NCBI GenBank assembly: GCA_963663035.1
Contig: OY760074.1
Coordinates: 1,856,001-1,920,000, forward strand
Direction of reading: 5' to 3'
Source of the DNA: Acidobacteriota bacterium
Lineage (GTDB): Bacteria > Acidobacteriota > UBA6911 > RPQK01 > JADFOI01
Length of the DNA: 64,000 bases
Below are positions 28,878 to 39,305 of the stretch, piece by piece; positions within the stretch are counted from its first letter, which is position 1, and every line of letters begins with the position of its first letter. The notes under the pieces are model-generated. The model searched no databases and was not told the origin of the DNA. It was given only the letters and a program-made list of their open reading frames with translations. The translations under genes and the position numbers were made by a program.

Positions 28878-30293
28878 ATGACGACTCCGTTAGCGGTTTT
28901 GTTGCTTCTGACGACTTTTCTGCAGAGCACCACGACTGTGGATCCCGCTGCTTTAGAGTGGTTTCAAAAAGGCGAAGAGCTGATTGGCACCCCACAGGTA
29001 AACTCCCAGCAGCAAGCTGAGTATTTCAGAAAGGCAGTGGAATTGGCGCCCGACTTTTCCGCTGCCCGTTTCAATCTGGCGCTCATCTACCTCAACCAGA
29101 GACAGCACAGGCAGGCTCGGGAGCAACTTGATGCCTTGATCGATCTGGAGCCCGAAGATGCTCGGGGCTATCTTCTGCGGGCTCGTCTCAGCCTCGAAGA
29201 CTCTCAACTGGGTCCTGCTGCTGAGGATCTGGAGCGGGCGCTCGAGCTCAATCCCCTGGATTACGACGCATGGCAGTTGATGGGTGAGATTCGATATCAA
29301 CAGCAGGATTACCAACAGGCTGTACAGGCCTTTGAGAAGGTTTTGGAATTAAGGCCCCATCCCGTCCCAACCTATTTCGATCTTGCTCTCTCACAGCAAC
29401 TCCTGGATCAGAGGGAAGAAGCCATCCAGAACTATCAAAGATTTCTGATTGAGTTCCCAGACAATTTTCAGGCCAATTACTTTCTGGGATCGCTGTATCG
29501 GCAGGTTGGTCAAGACGATTTAGCACTGGAGTTTTTTCTGAAGGCCGAATCACTGGAACCGACCCACCAGGAACTGGCCCAGGAACTGGGTTATCTTTTT
29601 ATGGATGGGAATCATCTTGAGGAAGCGCGCAAGAGATTGCTGCGTGCCAATTTGGACCTGGCCGTAAACCTGGGAAATTTGGGTGTCATCGCCAAGAGAC
29701 AGGGGGAAGGCAGCCAGGCAGAGGACTACTTTCGAAGAGCCCTTGATCAGGAGCCGGAACACCCTCTGCTTTGGGCTCAGTTGGGTGACCTGTTGGCCGA
29801 GCAGGAGAGAGACCAGGAATCCGTTGAGGCCTATGAGAAGGCTCTGCACTACGATCCGCAGGACTTCGACAGCCTTTTTAACCTGGGAACTCTCTATGGG
29901 AATCTGGAACAGCCTCAAGAAGCGATCGAGTTACTGGGCAGAGCCTTGCAAATCAATCCCCATCATGGATCTGCTCATTTTAATCTTGCCCTTGTACTGG
30001 ATCGAGAAAAGGATTTGGATGAGGCTCAGGCCCATTACTTGAAGGCTATTGAGTACGGAACCGACAGGGCCCATGCTCACTTTAGACTTGCCTTTTTGTG
30101 GGCCCTTCAGAAGGAGCAGACAGAAGCTTTGAAACATCTGGAGATGGCTTTGGAGAAGGAACCACAGCAATACATCCGCCTGGTTAGCGAGGAGCTTCGC
30201 AAGGTGAACTCCGATTTGGACAGCATTCGCTACGGTCGGGAGTTCAATGAGTTGCTCGAGAAGTATCGGGAGCGGATAGGGGATAGGAGATAG
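28878..30293 (+). CDS. Secreted tetratricopeptide repeat protein
   Basis: Signal peptide followed by many TPR-like repeats (ARFNLAL, AHFNLAL, ALELNP). Confidence 0.88.
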   Translation: MTTPLAVLLLLTTFLQSTTTVDPAALEWFQKGEELIGTPQVNSQQQAEYFRKAVELAPDFSAARFNLALIYLNQRQHRQAREQLDALIDLEPEDARGYLLRARLSLEDSQLGPAAEDLERALELNPLDYDAWQLMGEIRYQQQDYQQAVQAFEKVLELRPHPVPTYFDLALSQQLLDQREEAIQNYQRFLIEFPDNFQANYFLGSLYRQVGQDDLALEFFLKAESLEPTHQELAQELGYLFMDGNHLEEARKRLLRANLDLAVNLGNLGVIAKRQGEGSQAEDYFRRALDQEPEHPLLWAQLGDLLAEQERDQESVEAYEKALHYDPQDFDSLFNLGTLYGNLEQPQEAIELLGRALQINPHHGSAHFNLALVLDREKDLDEAQAHYLKAIEYGTDRAHAHFRLAFLWALQKEQTEALKHLEMALEKEPQQYIRLVSEELRKVNSDLDSIRYGREFNELLEKYRERIGDRR

Positions 30294-30319
30294 GAGTCAG
30301 GAGGCAGGAGTCAGGAGGC
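30278..30319. repeat. Heptamer array spanning two convergent stop codons
   Basis: AGGGGAT AGGAGAT AGGAGTC AGGAGGC AGGAGTC AGGAGGC. Confidence 0.8.
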
Positions 30320-31289
30320 TCGGCAGTTCCTCGAAATCTTCAAAGTGGGTCATCTCCTTGAATTCTCGATAGCGCAATTCGATCTCCGTATAGGTCAGTT
30401 CCTTGAGCCGATCGAGGGAGAATTTTTCCACGCTGAAGCTGGCCATAACTGATCCGAAGATGATGGCCTGACGCATGGCCTGTGCATCGGATCGGTTGAC
30501 TCCCGCCAGATACCCCATGAATCCCCCGGCAAAGCTGTCTCCGGCACCAGTGGGGTCAAAGACATCTTCCAGGGGGTAGGCAGGCGCGCCGAAAACCGAC
30601 AGCTCACCTCCCTGAGGCAGGCCGGCCTGACCCAAGCTCGCCTGACGGTCCACTTGAAACATGAGCACTCCGTACTCACCCCTTTTGATCACCACGATTT
30701 CGGGACCCCAGCCCAGGATTTTCCGTGCCGCCTTGACCAGGTTTGCTTCCCTTGCCAGCTGCCGAGCCTCCGAATCATTGACCAGGAGAATACCCACGTA
30801 TTTCAGTGTCTCCAGAAGGGACTCGAAATGGCCGTCGATCCAATAGTTCATCGTGTCGCAGGCCACCAATTGAGGCTTCTGGACCTGGGAAATGACCTCC
30901 CGTTGAAGAGCTGGATCAATGTTGCCGAGAAAAACATAGTCCGAATCGCCATCCTTCTCTGGAATCTTAGGTTGAAAATCGGAAAACACATTCAGTTGAG
31001 TATCCAGGGTGGTTCTTTCGTTCAGGTCGTAGCCATACTCACCCTTCCAGCGGAAGGTTCGGCCATCCATCGTTTCGAGGCCTTCCAAATCGATATTTCG
31101 GGATTCCAGAAATTGCACGTCCTGGCGACAAAAATCTTGGCCCACACAGGCCACCAGATCCACCTGGGTGAAGAAGCTGGCAGCCACACTGAAATAGGTG
31201 CCTGAGCCTCCCAGGACCTCTTCCACTTCGCCAAAGGGAGTCTTGACCGAATCGTAAGCTACCGATCCCACTGCAAGGATTGACGCCAT
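30297..31289 (-). CDS. PfkB family carbohydrate/nucleoside kinase
   Basis: LGGSGTY, DPTGAGDSFAGG. Confidence 0.92.
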   Translation of the reverse strand: MASILAVGSVAYDSVKTPFGEVEEVLGGSGTYFSVAASFFTQVDLVACVGQDFCRQDVQFLESRNIDLEGLETMDGRTFRWKGEYGYDLNERTTLDTQLNVFSDFQPKIPEKDGDSDYVFLGNIDPALQREVISQVQKPQLVACDTMNYWIDGHFESLLETLKYVGILLVNDSEARQLAREANLVKAARKILGWGPEIVVIKRGEYGVLMFQVDRQASLGQAGLPQGGELSVFGAPAYPLEDVFDPTGAGDSFAGGFMGYLAGVNRSDAQAMRQAIIFGSVMASFSVEKFSLDRLKELTYTEIELRYREFKEMTHFEDFEELPSLLTPAS

Positions 31290-31302
31290 GTTGGTTTCCT
31301 CC

Positions 31303-32163
31303 TTACAGGTACTTTCCGATGATCACTTTCAGCTTTTCCTTCGTTTCCTCCGGAATCACGTCCGGATTGGTGATAATGGCGTTTTGCAAGGCATGCTGGC
31401 ATGCGCAGTCGAACTCATCGGGAAGGATCTTGATAACCTCCTTGATCACTCTCTGGGCACTTTGACTGTTCTTGCCCAGATACTCAAGGAGAGTCTCCAC
31501 CGTCACGGGTTCCTCCTCCTCATGCCAGCAGTCATAGTCGGTGACCATTGCGATGGTGACGTAGCAGATTTCAGCCTCTCGAGCCAGCTTGGCTTCCTGC
31601 AGATTCGTCATCCCAATCAGATCCATCCCCCAGGCTCGGTAGAGTTCAGACTCAGCACGGGTGGAAAAAGCCGGCCCTTCCATACACAGGTAAGCTCCGC
31701 CCAGCTTGATGGGAAAGTTGATATTGCCGGCCGCTGCTTCCACTTGCTGTGCCAGCTGAGAGCAGATGGGATCGGCAAAGCTGATGTGGGCAACAATGCC
31801 TTCCCCGAAGAAAGTCGAGATGCGCCCCCGAGTGCGGTCCACAAACTGATCCGGAAGCACGAAATCCATCGGCTTATGCTCCATCTTCAGTGAGCCGACG
31901 GCACTGGCCGAAAGAAGCCGCCCCACCCCAAGCTTTTTGAATCCATAGATGTTAGCGCGAAAATTCAGCTCGGTGGGAGGAATCCGATGTCCCCTCCCGT
32001 GGCGAGACAGAAAGGCCACACGTTTCCCTTCTAACTGGCCCAGAATATAGGCATCGCTGGGACTCCCGAAGGGTGTATCGATCTGAAGCTCGCTCTTGTC
32101 TTCCAGCCCGGGGATCTCATAGAGCCCGCTGCCACCAATAACACCAATTTCCGCTTGACTCAT
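31303..32163 (-). CDS. mtnP: S-methyl-5'-thioadenosine phosphorylase
   Basis: IGGSGLY, TPFGSPS, RHG, MEGPAFSTRAES, TDYDCWH; start MSQAEIG. Confidence 0.94.
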   Translation of the reverse strand: MSQAEIGVIGGSGLYEIPGLEDKSELQIDTPFGSPSDAYILGQLEGKRVAFLSRHGRGHRIPPTELNFRANIYGFKKLGVGRLLSASAVGSLKMEHKPMDFVLPDQFVDRTRGRISTFFGEGIVAHISFADPICSQLAQQVEAAAGNINFPIKLGGAYLCMEGPAFSTRAESELYRAWGMDLIGMTNLQEAKLAREAEICYVTIAMVTDYDCWHEEEEPVTVETLLEYLGKNSQSAQRVIKEVIKILPDEFDCACQHALQNAIITNPDVIPEETKEKLKVIIGKYL

Positions 32164-32173
32164 GTACCTCTGA

Positions 32174-33025
32174 TCACCCTTCAGCCTCCTGCCAGGACTC
32201 TGACTCCAGGATATATTTGCCATTCTCCTGCCGCAACCGCCCCAAGGGAAGTTTCGGGTCGTGTTCAAGAAAAAGGAGCCACTTTTCATCCACGGCCTGG
32301 GGGTAGATTCTTTTCCGGACCTCCAGAGTGGTCAAGGGATAAAGGTCATAGGCCATGATCCAGGGCAGGGAGATGTGGGCTGAAGTCGGACACAGATCGG
32401 CCATATAAAAAAGAATTCTGCCTTCTGACTCGACCTTTACAGACTGGTGACCCGCCGTATGTCCTGGGGTCTGGACCAGGGTAACGCCAGGCACAACCTC
32501 TTGATCTTCCTCCGCAAGATGGAGCAATCCCCTTTGTTCCAAAGGTTTCCAGTTATGGGAGAAATAGGTTGCCACGGTTCGCTCGTTGGGATTATTGGCC
32601 TCTTCATATTCCTTGCGGGAAACCAGATAGGTGGCATTGGGAAAAGTGGGAACGAGTTCTTCTCCCTCCAAACGGGTATTCCCCCCACAATGATCAAAGT
32701 GAAAATGGGTATTAATCACGAAATCAATCTTCTCTGGAGGGACATCGATTCGCTGCAATTCTCGAAGAATATCTGTTTCGTGCTCGATGCCATAAATCTC
32801 AAGCTCTTTCTCGGAATTGTTGAAACCGCATCCGGTGTCGATGAGCACGTTTTTATCAGCGCTTTGAATGAGGAGACAATTCAAACCAAGACGGATTCTA
32901 TTCCTCTCATCGGGAGGGGACTTCTTTTCCCAAAGCACCTTGGGAACGACTCCGAACATGGCGCCCCCGTCCAGCCACAGACTTCCATCCGAGATGAGAT
33001 GGAGCGCAAACTGTCCCCATTTCAC
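32174..33025 (-). CDS. Metallo-beta-lactamase fold hydrolase (YtnP-like)
   Basis: LDGGAMFGVVPKVLW, THFHFDH, GHTAGH. Confidence 0.9.
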   Translation of the reverse strand: MKWGQFALHLISDGSLWLDGGAMFGVVPKVLWEKKSPPDERNRIRLGLNCLLIQSADKNVLIDTGCGFNNSEKELEIYGIEHETDILRELQRIDVPPEKIDFVINTHFHFDHCGGNTRLEGEELVPTFPNATYLVSRKEYEEANNPNERTVATYFSHNWKPLEQRGLLHLAEEDQEVVPGVTLVQTPGHTAGHQSVKVESEGRILFYMADLCPTSAHISLPWIMAYDLYPLTTLEVRKRIYPQAVDEKWLLFLEHDPKLPLGRLRQENGKYILESESWQEAEG

Positions 33026-33435
33026 GACGATTCTCCAGGGGCAGGCTGAACGAGTTCGATCAAGACACCACCGGTGGAATCAGGGTGAACAAAGGCTATC
33101 AACGAGCCCTGTGCACCTGGTCGTGGTTTTTCGTCAATCAGCTTAATGTTCTTCTCACTCAGAGACTGGAGCCGCTCTTCCAGATTGTCAACTTCCAGGG
33201 TGATGTGGTGAATTCCTTCACCACGATCGTCCAGGAACTGTTGAATGTGAGAATTCTCTCCAGTCGGTTCAATCAATTCGATGGCCGAGTCACCCGCTTC
33301 CATAAGTGCCACCTTAACCTTCTGATCTTGAATGACTTCGATGGAGTCCAACTCCAGGCCAAGGTGTTTGTAGAACTCCGCCGTAACGGCTATGGACCGT
33401 GTGGCGATTCCCACGTGGGCAATTCTCTTAATCAT
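33022..33435 (-). CDS. mce: Methylmalonyl-CoA epimerase
   Basis: HVGIA, IELIEP, GEGIHHI, FVHPDSTGGVLIELV. Confidence 0.92.
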   Translation of the reverse strand: MIKRIAHVGIATRSIAVTAEFYKHLGLELDSIEVIQDQKVKVALMEAGDSAIELIEPTGENSHIQQFLDDRGEGIHHITLEVDNLEERLQSLSEKNIKLIDEKPRPGAQGSLIAFVHPDSTGGVLIELVQPAPGESS

Positions 33436-34363
33436 TAGCTTCCTCCTGGCCGTCCAGATGACTTAGCAAGCGATCCATGATCGTATAAGGATCCAATTCC
33501 CGAGTCATCATTTTTTCTGCGTACCGGTCCAGCTCTTCTTCAGGAATTCGCTCCAGAGCCTTCCGCGTCAAATGATCTCGCAACTTCTCCACTAGCCGTT
33601 CCCGAAACAAGGGGAGTTCCCTTCCTTTGACTCCTGGTGGTTCACCGAGTCGGGCGCGGTACTTTTCGATGGCATCGGTCAGCTTCCCAATACCCTCACC
33701 CTGTGTGGCAACGGTTTTCACGATGGGAGGCTCCCAGCCGTCCTTTCTGGAGGTCATCGACTGCAGAGCTTCCAATTCCCCTTCCGTTGTCAGGACCTCG
33801 CCGCGGTCCGCTTTGTTGAGAACGAAAATATCTCCGATTTCCATGAGACCGGCTTTGAGCATCTGAATATCATCTCCCATCCCGGGCACGATCACGACCA
33901 ATGTTATGTGAGCGGTCTTGACGATCTCCACCTCGTCTTGACCGACTCCGACAGTTTCGACGATGAGGGGTCCGTAACCGGCCGCACCCAGCACGATCAA
34001 AAACTCATCTACAGTCCTTGCCAGCCCTCCCATTTTTCCGCGTGAGGCCATGCTCCGAATGAAGACTCGGGGATCCGTACAGAGCGACTGCATACGGATG
34101 CGATCACCCAGGATCGCACCTCCAGTGAAGGGAGAAGTCGGATCGACCAGAACGACACCGACCTTTGAGCCCGAATCCCGGTAGTGACGAGCCAGGTGGT
34201 TAACCAGGGTACTTTTCCCAGAACCTGGACTTCCGGTAACTCCAATGACAAAAGCCTGACCAGCACGGGGAAATAATTCCCTGAGGAGCTCGGTGACATC
34301 ATCTGTCGGCAAGTTCTCCACCTGAGTCAAGGTACGCGCAACAGTGCGGATATCGCCCTCCAT
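33428..34363 (-). CDS. meaB: Methylmalonyl-CoA mutase-associated GTPase MeaB
   Basis: GSPGSGKST, DPTSPFTGGAILGDRIRM, ETVGVGQDE, NKAD; true start uncertain. Confidence 0.93.
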   Translation of the reverse strand: MEGDIRTVARTLTQVENLPTDDVTELLRELFPRAGQAFVIGVTGSPGSGKSTLVNHLARHYRDSGSKVGVVLVDPTSPFTGGAILGDRIRMQSLCTDPRVFIRSMASRGKMGGLARTVDEFLIVLGAAGYGPLIVETVGVGQDEVEIVKTAHITLVVIVPGMGDDIQMLKAGLMEIGDIFVLNKADRGEVLTTEGELEALQSMTSRKDGWEPPIVKTVATQGEGIGKLTDAIEKYRARLGEPPGVKGRELPLFRERLVEKLRDHLTRKALERIPEEELDRYAEKMMTRELDPYTIMDRLLSHLDGQEEAND

Positions 34364-34444
34364 TATTCTTTGAATCTGCTGTGAAAGCTCTTTTTTGGGA
34401 ATGGCCTTTGGCTCTTTGTTGCAGTTCGTGCTCTTCCAGTCCTC

Positions 34445-35587
34445 TTATTTGAGCACTTCCCTGGCTATCACCATGCGCTGAATTTCACTCGTCCCTTCTC
34501 CGATCGTACCGAGTTTGGCATCACGCCAGTATTTCTCTGGCGGATAGTCTTTGGTATATCCATAGCCACCATGGATTTGAATGGCTTGCTCAGCAACCCA
34601 TACCGCCAACTCCCCAGCGTACAGCTTTGCCATTGAAGAGTATTGGGGCACCGATGTCCTCTTCTGCTGCTTGATCCAGGCTGCCTGATAGGTGAGTAAG
34701 CGAGCCGCTTCAAGACGAGTCGCCATATCCGCCAATTTCCATTGAATGGCCTGAAACTTGGAGATGAGCTGCCCAAACTGCTGACGCTCCTTTGAGTACT
34801 TGATGCTGCAGTCCAGAGCGCCCTGGGCGATTCCCACAGACATTGCCGCAATACTGATACGCCCTCCGTCGACCACCTTCAGTGCATCGATGAAACCTTC
34901 TCCTTCCTGTCCTAACAGGTTTTCCTCCGGCACAGAGCAATCTTCCAAGGCAAGTGAGGCCGTGTCACTGGAACGACATCCCAGTTTGTTCTCCTTCTTT
35001 CCGGGCGTAAGACCTTGAGTTCCCTTCTCTACGATGAACGCGGACATCCCGTGGTTACCCTTATCCTGATGGGTGACTGCCAGGATCACATAGGTATCCG
35101 CGTAAGTCCCATGAGTGCAGAAGCTTTTGGTTCCATTCAGGACCCAAGAGCCCTTTTTCTTGACCGCGCGAGTTTGAGTACCGGCCGCATCGCTGCCCGA
35201 TTCTGGTTCGGTCAGGGCCCAAGCTCCAAGCGCTTTACCGCTCGCCAGCGGAACGAGATATTTCTTCTTTTGTTCCTCATTCCCCATCAGATCAATGTGA
35301 CTGACACACAGGGAGTTATGAGCGGCTACTGAGAGGGCGATGGAACCATCTACACGAGAAAGTTCCTCAATAACGATGACGTATTCCGGGTATCCCAGAC
35401 CCGCTCCCGCGTATTGCGGATCGACGATTGCGCCCATCATTCCCAGTTCGCCCAGTTTCTGGAGCACATCCAGGGGAAAGTGTTGCTTTTCATCCCACTC
35501 CAGACTGTGGGGTGCGATTTCATTGAGAGCAAAGTCGCGAATGGTCTCGCGGAGAATTTCCTGTTCATGAGTGTACCCAAATTCCAC
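34445..35587 (-). CDS. Acyl-CoA dehydrogenase
   Basis: [32 protein letters not shown]. Confidence 0.95.
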   Translation of the reverse strand: MEFGYTHEQEILRETIRDFALNEIAPHSLEWDEKQHFPLDVLQKLGELGMMGAIVDPQYAGAGLGYPEYVIVIEELSRVDGSIALSVAAHNSLCVSHIDLMGNEEQKKKYLVPLASGKALGAWALTEPESGSDAAGTQTRAVKKKGSWVLNGTKSFCTHGTYADTYVILAVTHQDKGNHGMSAFIVEKGTQGLTPGKKENKLGCRSSDTASLALEDCSVPEENLLGQEGEGFIDALKVVDGGRISIAAMSVGIAQGALDCSIKYSKERQQFGQLISKFQAIQWKLADMATRLEAARLLTYQAAWIKQQKRTSVPQYSSMAKLYAGELAVWVAEQAIQIHGGYGYTKDYPPEKYWRDAKLGTIGEGTSEIQRMVIAREVLK

Positions 35588-35658
35588 GATCCAATCTTAC
35601 AGGGAAAGCTGGTGACCTGACAACGCGGGTGAGTTCCGAAAAAACGGTTAAGTGAGTA

Positions 35659-36828
35659 CTAAGGGAGTGCGGCGGTGAGGGTCCGGCACACATGGTCGAC
35701 CTGTTCCTCAGTGATATGAGGAAACATGGGAAGAGATAATATCGATTCTGCTGCAGCTTCCGACTCAGGAAAGTCTCCTGGTCGGTATCCTAAATGCTCA
35801 TAAGCCTTCTGAAGATGGAGTGAAATGGGATAATGAAGTCCAACCTCGATGCCCCGCTTCGACAACTCCTCTTTGACTTCGTAGCGGTTGGGAACGCGGA
35901 CGACAAAGAGGTGATAGACATGCGTTCGTCCGTCGGGCTCAAGTTGCAGGACAATCCGATCATCGTCCTGGAGTCGCTGTCGGTACCATCGAGCGGCTTG
36001 CCGCCGCCTCTCGTTCCAGGCATCCAGCCTTTTCAATTTCACACTCAGCACCGCGCACTGCAGGGCATCAAGCCTCATGTTCCACCCATCCGGTGAAACA
36101 TAGAGGTACTTTTCACTCTGGCCATGGTCTCTCCAGACTCGCATCCACTGGGCCATGTCCTGCTGGTCTGTGACGACCGCACCCCCTTCTCCCAGTGCTC
36201 CCAGATTCTTTCCTGGGTAAAAACTGAATGCTCCAACCTGTCCAAAAGTGCCCGTCCTCCTCTCTTTTCCATCCAGGCTGTAACTGGCACCATGGGCCTG
36301 AGCTGCGTCTTCAATCACTTTCAGATCAAATTGAGCAGCCGCCGCCAGGAGAGGTCCCATGTCTGCCGGCAGGCCATAAAGATGGACCGGCAGGAGGGCC
36401 ACAACCGGACGCTCCGAGTTCTTGTTGACCAGGCACCCATCTTTTCTGATTCGACATTTCTCTTCCAAAAATTCAGCCAGCCGATGGGGAGACATCTGAT
36501 AAGAAGCTTTTTCAATGTCAACGAAGACGGGATGAGCACCAACTGAAGTAATCGCTTCCACCGTTGCAATGAAAGTATGGGGAACGGTGATGACCTCTTC
36601 TTCTGTTCCCACGCCGGCTGCCATGAGAGCAAGCTTCAATGCATCTGTACCGCTCCCACAGGCGACTGCATGCCGGCTCCCACAGTAATCAGCAAAGTGT
36701 CTCTCAAAGTTTTCGACATGAGAGCCGCCCACGAAGCTGGAGCAGTCAATAATTTCCCGGATGGCCAAATCAATTTCATCACGTACTTCTCGATGCTGCG
36801 CTCCAAGGTCTGCAAAAGGAACTTTCAT
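35659..36828 (-). CDS. DegT/DnrJ/EryC1/StrS PLP aminotransferase
   Basis: SGTDAL, PVHLYG, EDAAQAHG, SFYPGKNLG. Confidence 0.93.
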   Translation of the reverse strand: MKVPFADLGAQHREVRDEIDLAIREIIDCSSFVGGSHVENFERHFADYCGSRHAVACGSGTDALKLALMAAGVGTEEEVITVPHTFIATVEAITSVGAHPVFVDIEKASYQMSPHRLAEFLEEKCRIRKDGCLVNKNSERPVVALLPVHLYGLPADMGPLLAAAAQFDLKVIEDAAQAHGASYSLDGKERRTGTFGQVGAFSFYPGKNLGALGEGGAVVTDQQDMAQWMRVWRDHGQSEKYLYVSPDGWNMRLDALQCAVLSVKLKRLDAWNERRRQAARWYRQRLQDDDRIVLQLEPDGRTHVYHLFVVRVPNRYEVKEELSKRGIEVGLHYPISLHLQKAYEHLGYRPGDFPESEAAAESILSLPMFPHITEEQVDHVCRTLTAALP

Positions 36829-36834
36829 CTTGCT

Positions 36835-36865
36835 AAGGAATTCGGGAACAGTCCCCGAATTCCTT
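36835..36865. repeat. 12-bp-stem hairpin related to the GGGGACAG palindrome family
   Basis: AAGGAATTCGGG-AACAGTC-CCCGAATTCCTT. Confidence 0.55.
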
Positions 36866-36898
36866 CTTCCCTATCTGTGATTGCGACCAAAAGGAAGC

Positions 36899-39115
36899 TT
36901 AAAACTCAAAGGAGTGGGTGAACTTCATAACGATCTGGCGGTCAAGATCGGTAATCGGGTCGGTGCGGTCTCGGAATTCAGTGTAAACAAAAAACAGGTC
37001 ATCGCCGGGACGATAGATGTAGTTCAGCCGGAAATTCACGCCCAACACATCGTTGCTGCTGTTGTACTGGAGTTGGGTGCTGGTCAACCACTTCCGGCTA
37101 AATGCGAAGTTGAAGGTATTGTTCATCTGATGGAAGTTCACCGCTTCCAGCCCAACCGGTTCAATGCGGTTAATCGAATAGCCCACCCGAAACGAGAAAC
37201 GACTGCTGAACTTTATCACCGGAGTAATACTCCATTGGTGCTTCATGTTGCCTTTGCCATAGTAATCCCACTCAGGGCGGTATGAGAGACCACCACTGAT
37301 CTTGCGAGCGGGATTGGAACGATAGTTGAAGTCAGAGTACCACCAGGTGTACCTTCCGGGGGCTATGTCCAGGCCGGGAAGGCTCAGCGACTGTATGCCG
37401 GGCTCGTCCGGATCGTCTATCACGACTTCAGTCCGACGGTGCGGATTGACGGCAAGTGAACTCCCGTCCTGAAACCTGATCCCGTTGTCAAAGTGATAGA
37501 TTTCTGTCACAAGCTCATTGTCTTGCACGTTCAGGTTCTGCTCGAAGTTGACACCGAAGTTGAGCTGCCGTATGAGGTCACTGTTGGGGCGAGGATAGAC
37601 CATAAAACGCTCAGAATGCCTTCGGCTGGACTCTCGCCTGATGAAGCCTATATCCGTCTCAAAGTTTTCCTGGATCTCAAGATAGGTGACGCTGGCGTCC
37701 AGGAAATCAGCCTCCCATCGACCTTCTACCCCGCCTGTCCATTGCCGATCGTCGAGGCCGTCAGTAAAGGATCTGGCCAGCAGTCCCACCACTGTCAGGT
37801 GCTCGAAAAAAACCAGGTGCTGATCGACTGCAACCACTCGATTGAAATCTCCTCCTTCGCCCTGCCGGTTGCTGGCAAAGAATCCCAGCGAAGAGCGCGA
37901 CCAAATGTCCCGTTTCAGGCGGAAGACTCCGAAATTGTCGCCCGCTTCGCCTTGGAAATCATCTACTTGAGCCTCAAGTATTCCCAGTGTGAACTTGTCT
38001 CCCAGCTTGCCGGCCAACTTCGCGCCTACCGAAATGGGGATGGCCTGCCTATTTGAGGAAAGACCGATCCGACGACTGTGAAAGAGCACAATGTGCGGTG
38101 CTCTGGCAACGCGAAATCCACTGACTCCAAAAATGCCTGCGCCTTCCAGAAAAAACTCCCTCTTCTCTGGAAAGAAGGTGGGGGTCCGATCGAAGTTTAT
38201 GACCTGATTGTCGACTTCCGTTTGTGCGAAGTCCGTATTGGCTGTGGCATCCAGGGTCAATCCTGAAGTCACTGAAACCTTGAGATTTTCCAGCCCCACG
38301 TCTCCAAGATGAATGGTCTTTCGCTGGTCCGCTCCCTGAGTCTTCGTCCGCAGGTTGATGTAAGGCTTGATCCGAATTTGTGCTACCGACTCGACTTCAG
38401 ACAGGCCCAGTAAATGCCCGGCTTGAGAAAGTTGTCGGAAGTTGAAACTTCGAGAATAGTTATTCCAGTAGCCAAATTCGTTCTTACGGCGAATAACGCG
38501 CTCAAAGTCGATCCCAAAGTCTGTAGTTGCGGAGGAAAAACGGATGGTTTTGAGCGGGATTTTGATCTCAGCCGTCCAACCTTCTTCATCCACCAGCGCC
38601 TCAACTTCCCATATCTCATCCCAGTCGGCGTTGATGTTCCGGCCCTCTTCTGTGATCAGCGCATCGTACTGCGTGCCGGCGGGATTAATCTTGAACAGGA
38701 AGGCGTTTCGGTGATCGTGAAAGGTATCCAAAACGAGGGTAAAGGTATCGTCATTCCCAAAGGCATTATCCCGTCTCAGCTCCGTGGCCAGGATTCCCTC
38801 CACCTGACTATCAAAACAGCGGATCCCAAAGTACAGGTTCTCCTGGTCGTAAAGCGCGCGCACCTCCGTTCTCTCGCTGACCGGCATCCCTTCGTTGGGG
38901 TCCCTCTGCACGAATTCACCAGCTACATCCGCATCCTGCCAGGCCTGCTCATTCAGGAGCCCATCCAGGACGGGCGCTTCCTGGATTTGAGAGATAGTGA
39001 GTGATCTGCTGCCGTGTTGCTGGCTGTCGGGCCGGTCCTGCTGAGCAAGCGCGCAGAGTTGGACGAGAGTGAACAGGGAGAGGGTAATAGCAAAGTTTTT
39101 CACAGTTTGGGACAT
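36899..39115 (-). CDS. CBM9-like/DUF5916 outer-membrane protein, paralog A
   Basis: Signal peptide, APVLDGLLNE, YDQENLY, DTFHDHRNAF, NTDFAQTEVD, FPEKREFFLEG, C-terminal F; real start ATG 39115 with AGGAG RBS. Confidence 0.85.
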   Translation of the reverse strand: MSQTVKNFAITLSLFTLVQLCALAQQDRPDSQQHGSRSLTISQIQEAPVLDGLLNEQAWQDADVAGEFVQRDPNEGMPVSERTEVRALYDQENLYFGIRCFDSQVEGILATELRRDNAFGNDDTFTLVLDTFHDHRNAFLFKINPAGTQYDALITEEGRNINADWDEIWEVEALVDEEGWTAEIKIPLKTIRFSSATTDFGIDFERVIRRKNEFGYWNNYSRSFNFRQLSQAGHLLGLSEVESVAQIRIKPYINLRTKTQGADQRKTIHLGDVGLENLKVSVTSGLTLDATANTDFAQTEVDNQVINFDRTPTFFPEKREFFLEGAGIFGVSGFRVARAPHIVLFHSRRIGLSSNRQAIPISVGAKLAGKLGDKFTLGILEAQVDDFQGEAGDNFGVFRLKRDIWSRSSLGFFASNRQGEGGDFNRVVAVDQHLVFFEHLTVVGLLARSFTDGLDDRQWTGGVEGRWEADFLDASVTYLEIQENFETDIGFIRRESSRRHSERFMVYPRPNSDLIRQLNFGVNFEQNLNVQDNELVTEIYHFDNGIRFQDGSSLAVNPHRRTEVVIDDPDEPGIQSLSLPGLDIAPGRYTWWYSDFNYRSNPARKISGGLSYRPEWDYYGKGNMKHQWSITPVIKFSSRFSFRVGYSINRIEPVGLEAVNFHQMNNTFNFAFSRKWLTSTQLQYNSSNDVLGVNFRLNYIYRPGDDLFFVYTEFRDRTDPITDLDRQIVMKFTHSFEF

Positions 39116-39140
39116 GATTAGCTCCTGGAAAGATCGAGTT

Positions 39141-39169
39141 ATTCTCCCACCTCCCCTTAAGGGTGTCAA
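39141..39169 (-). promoter_or_regulatory. Putative sigma70 promoter of paralog A
   Basis: TTGACA-N17-GAGAAT with extended -10 TG; conserved in the paralog B copy. Confidence 0.6.
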
Positions 39170-39305
39170 GGAAGTTGCGCTTTCGCGGCCACGCCGCCAG
39201 CCTCTCTTTTTTTCCTCTCCCTCAAACTGTTCCTCGAGAAACTTTTCCGCACCTATGGCTGCCTGACATCCTGCTCCGGCAGCCGTCACCGCCTCCCACC
39301 ACTAG

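Noticed and set aside
39116-39289. 58-aa N-terminal extension of DUF5916 paralog A
   Set aside because: It is the trxB remnant plus promoter DNA; the RBS, the signal peptide and paralog B place the start at 39115
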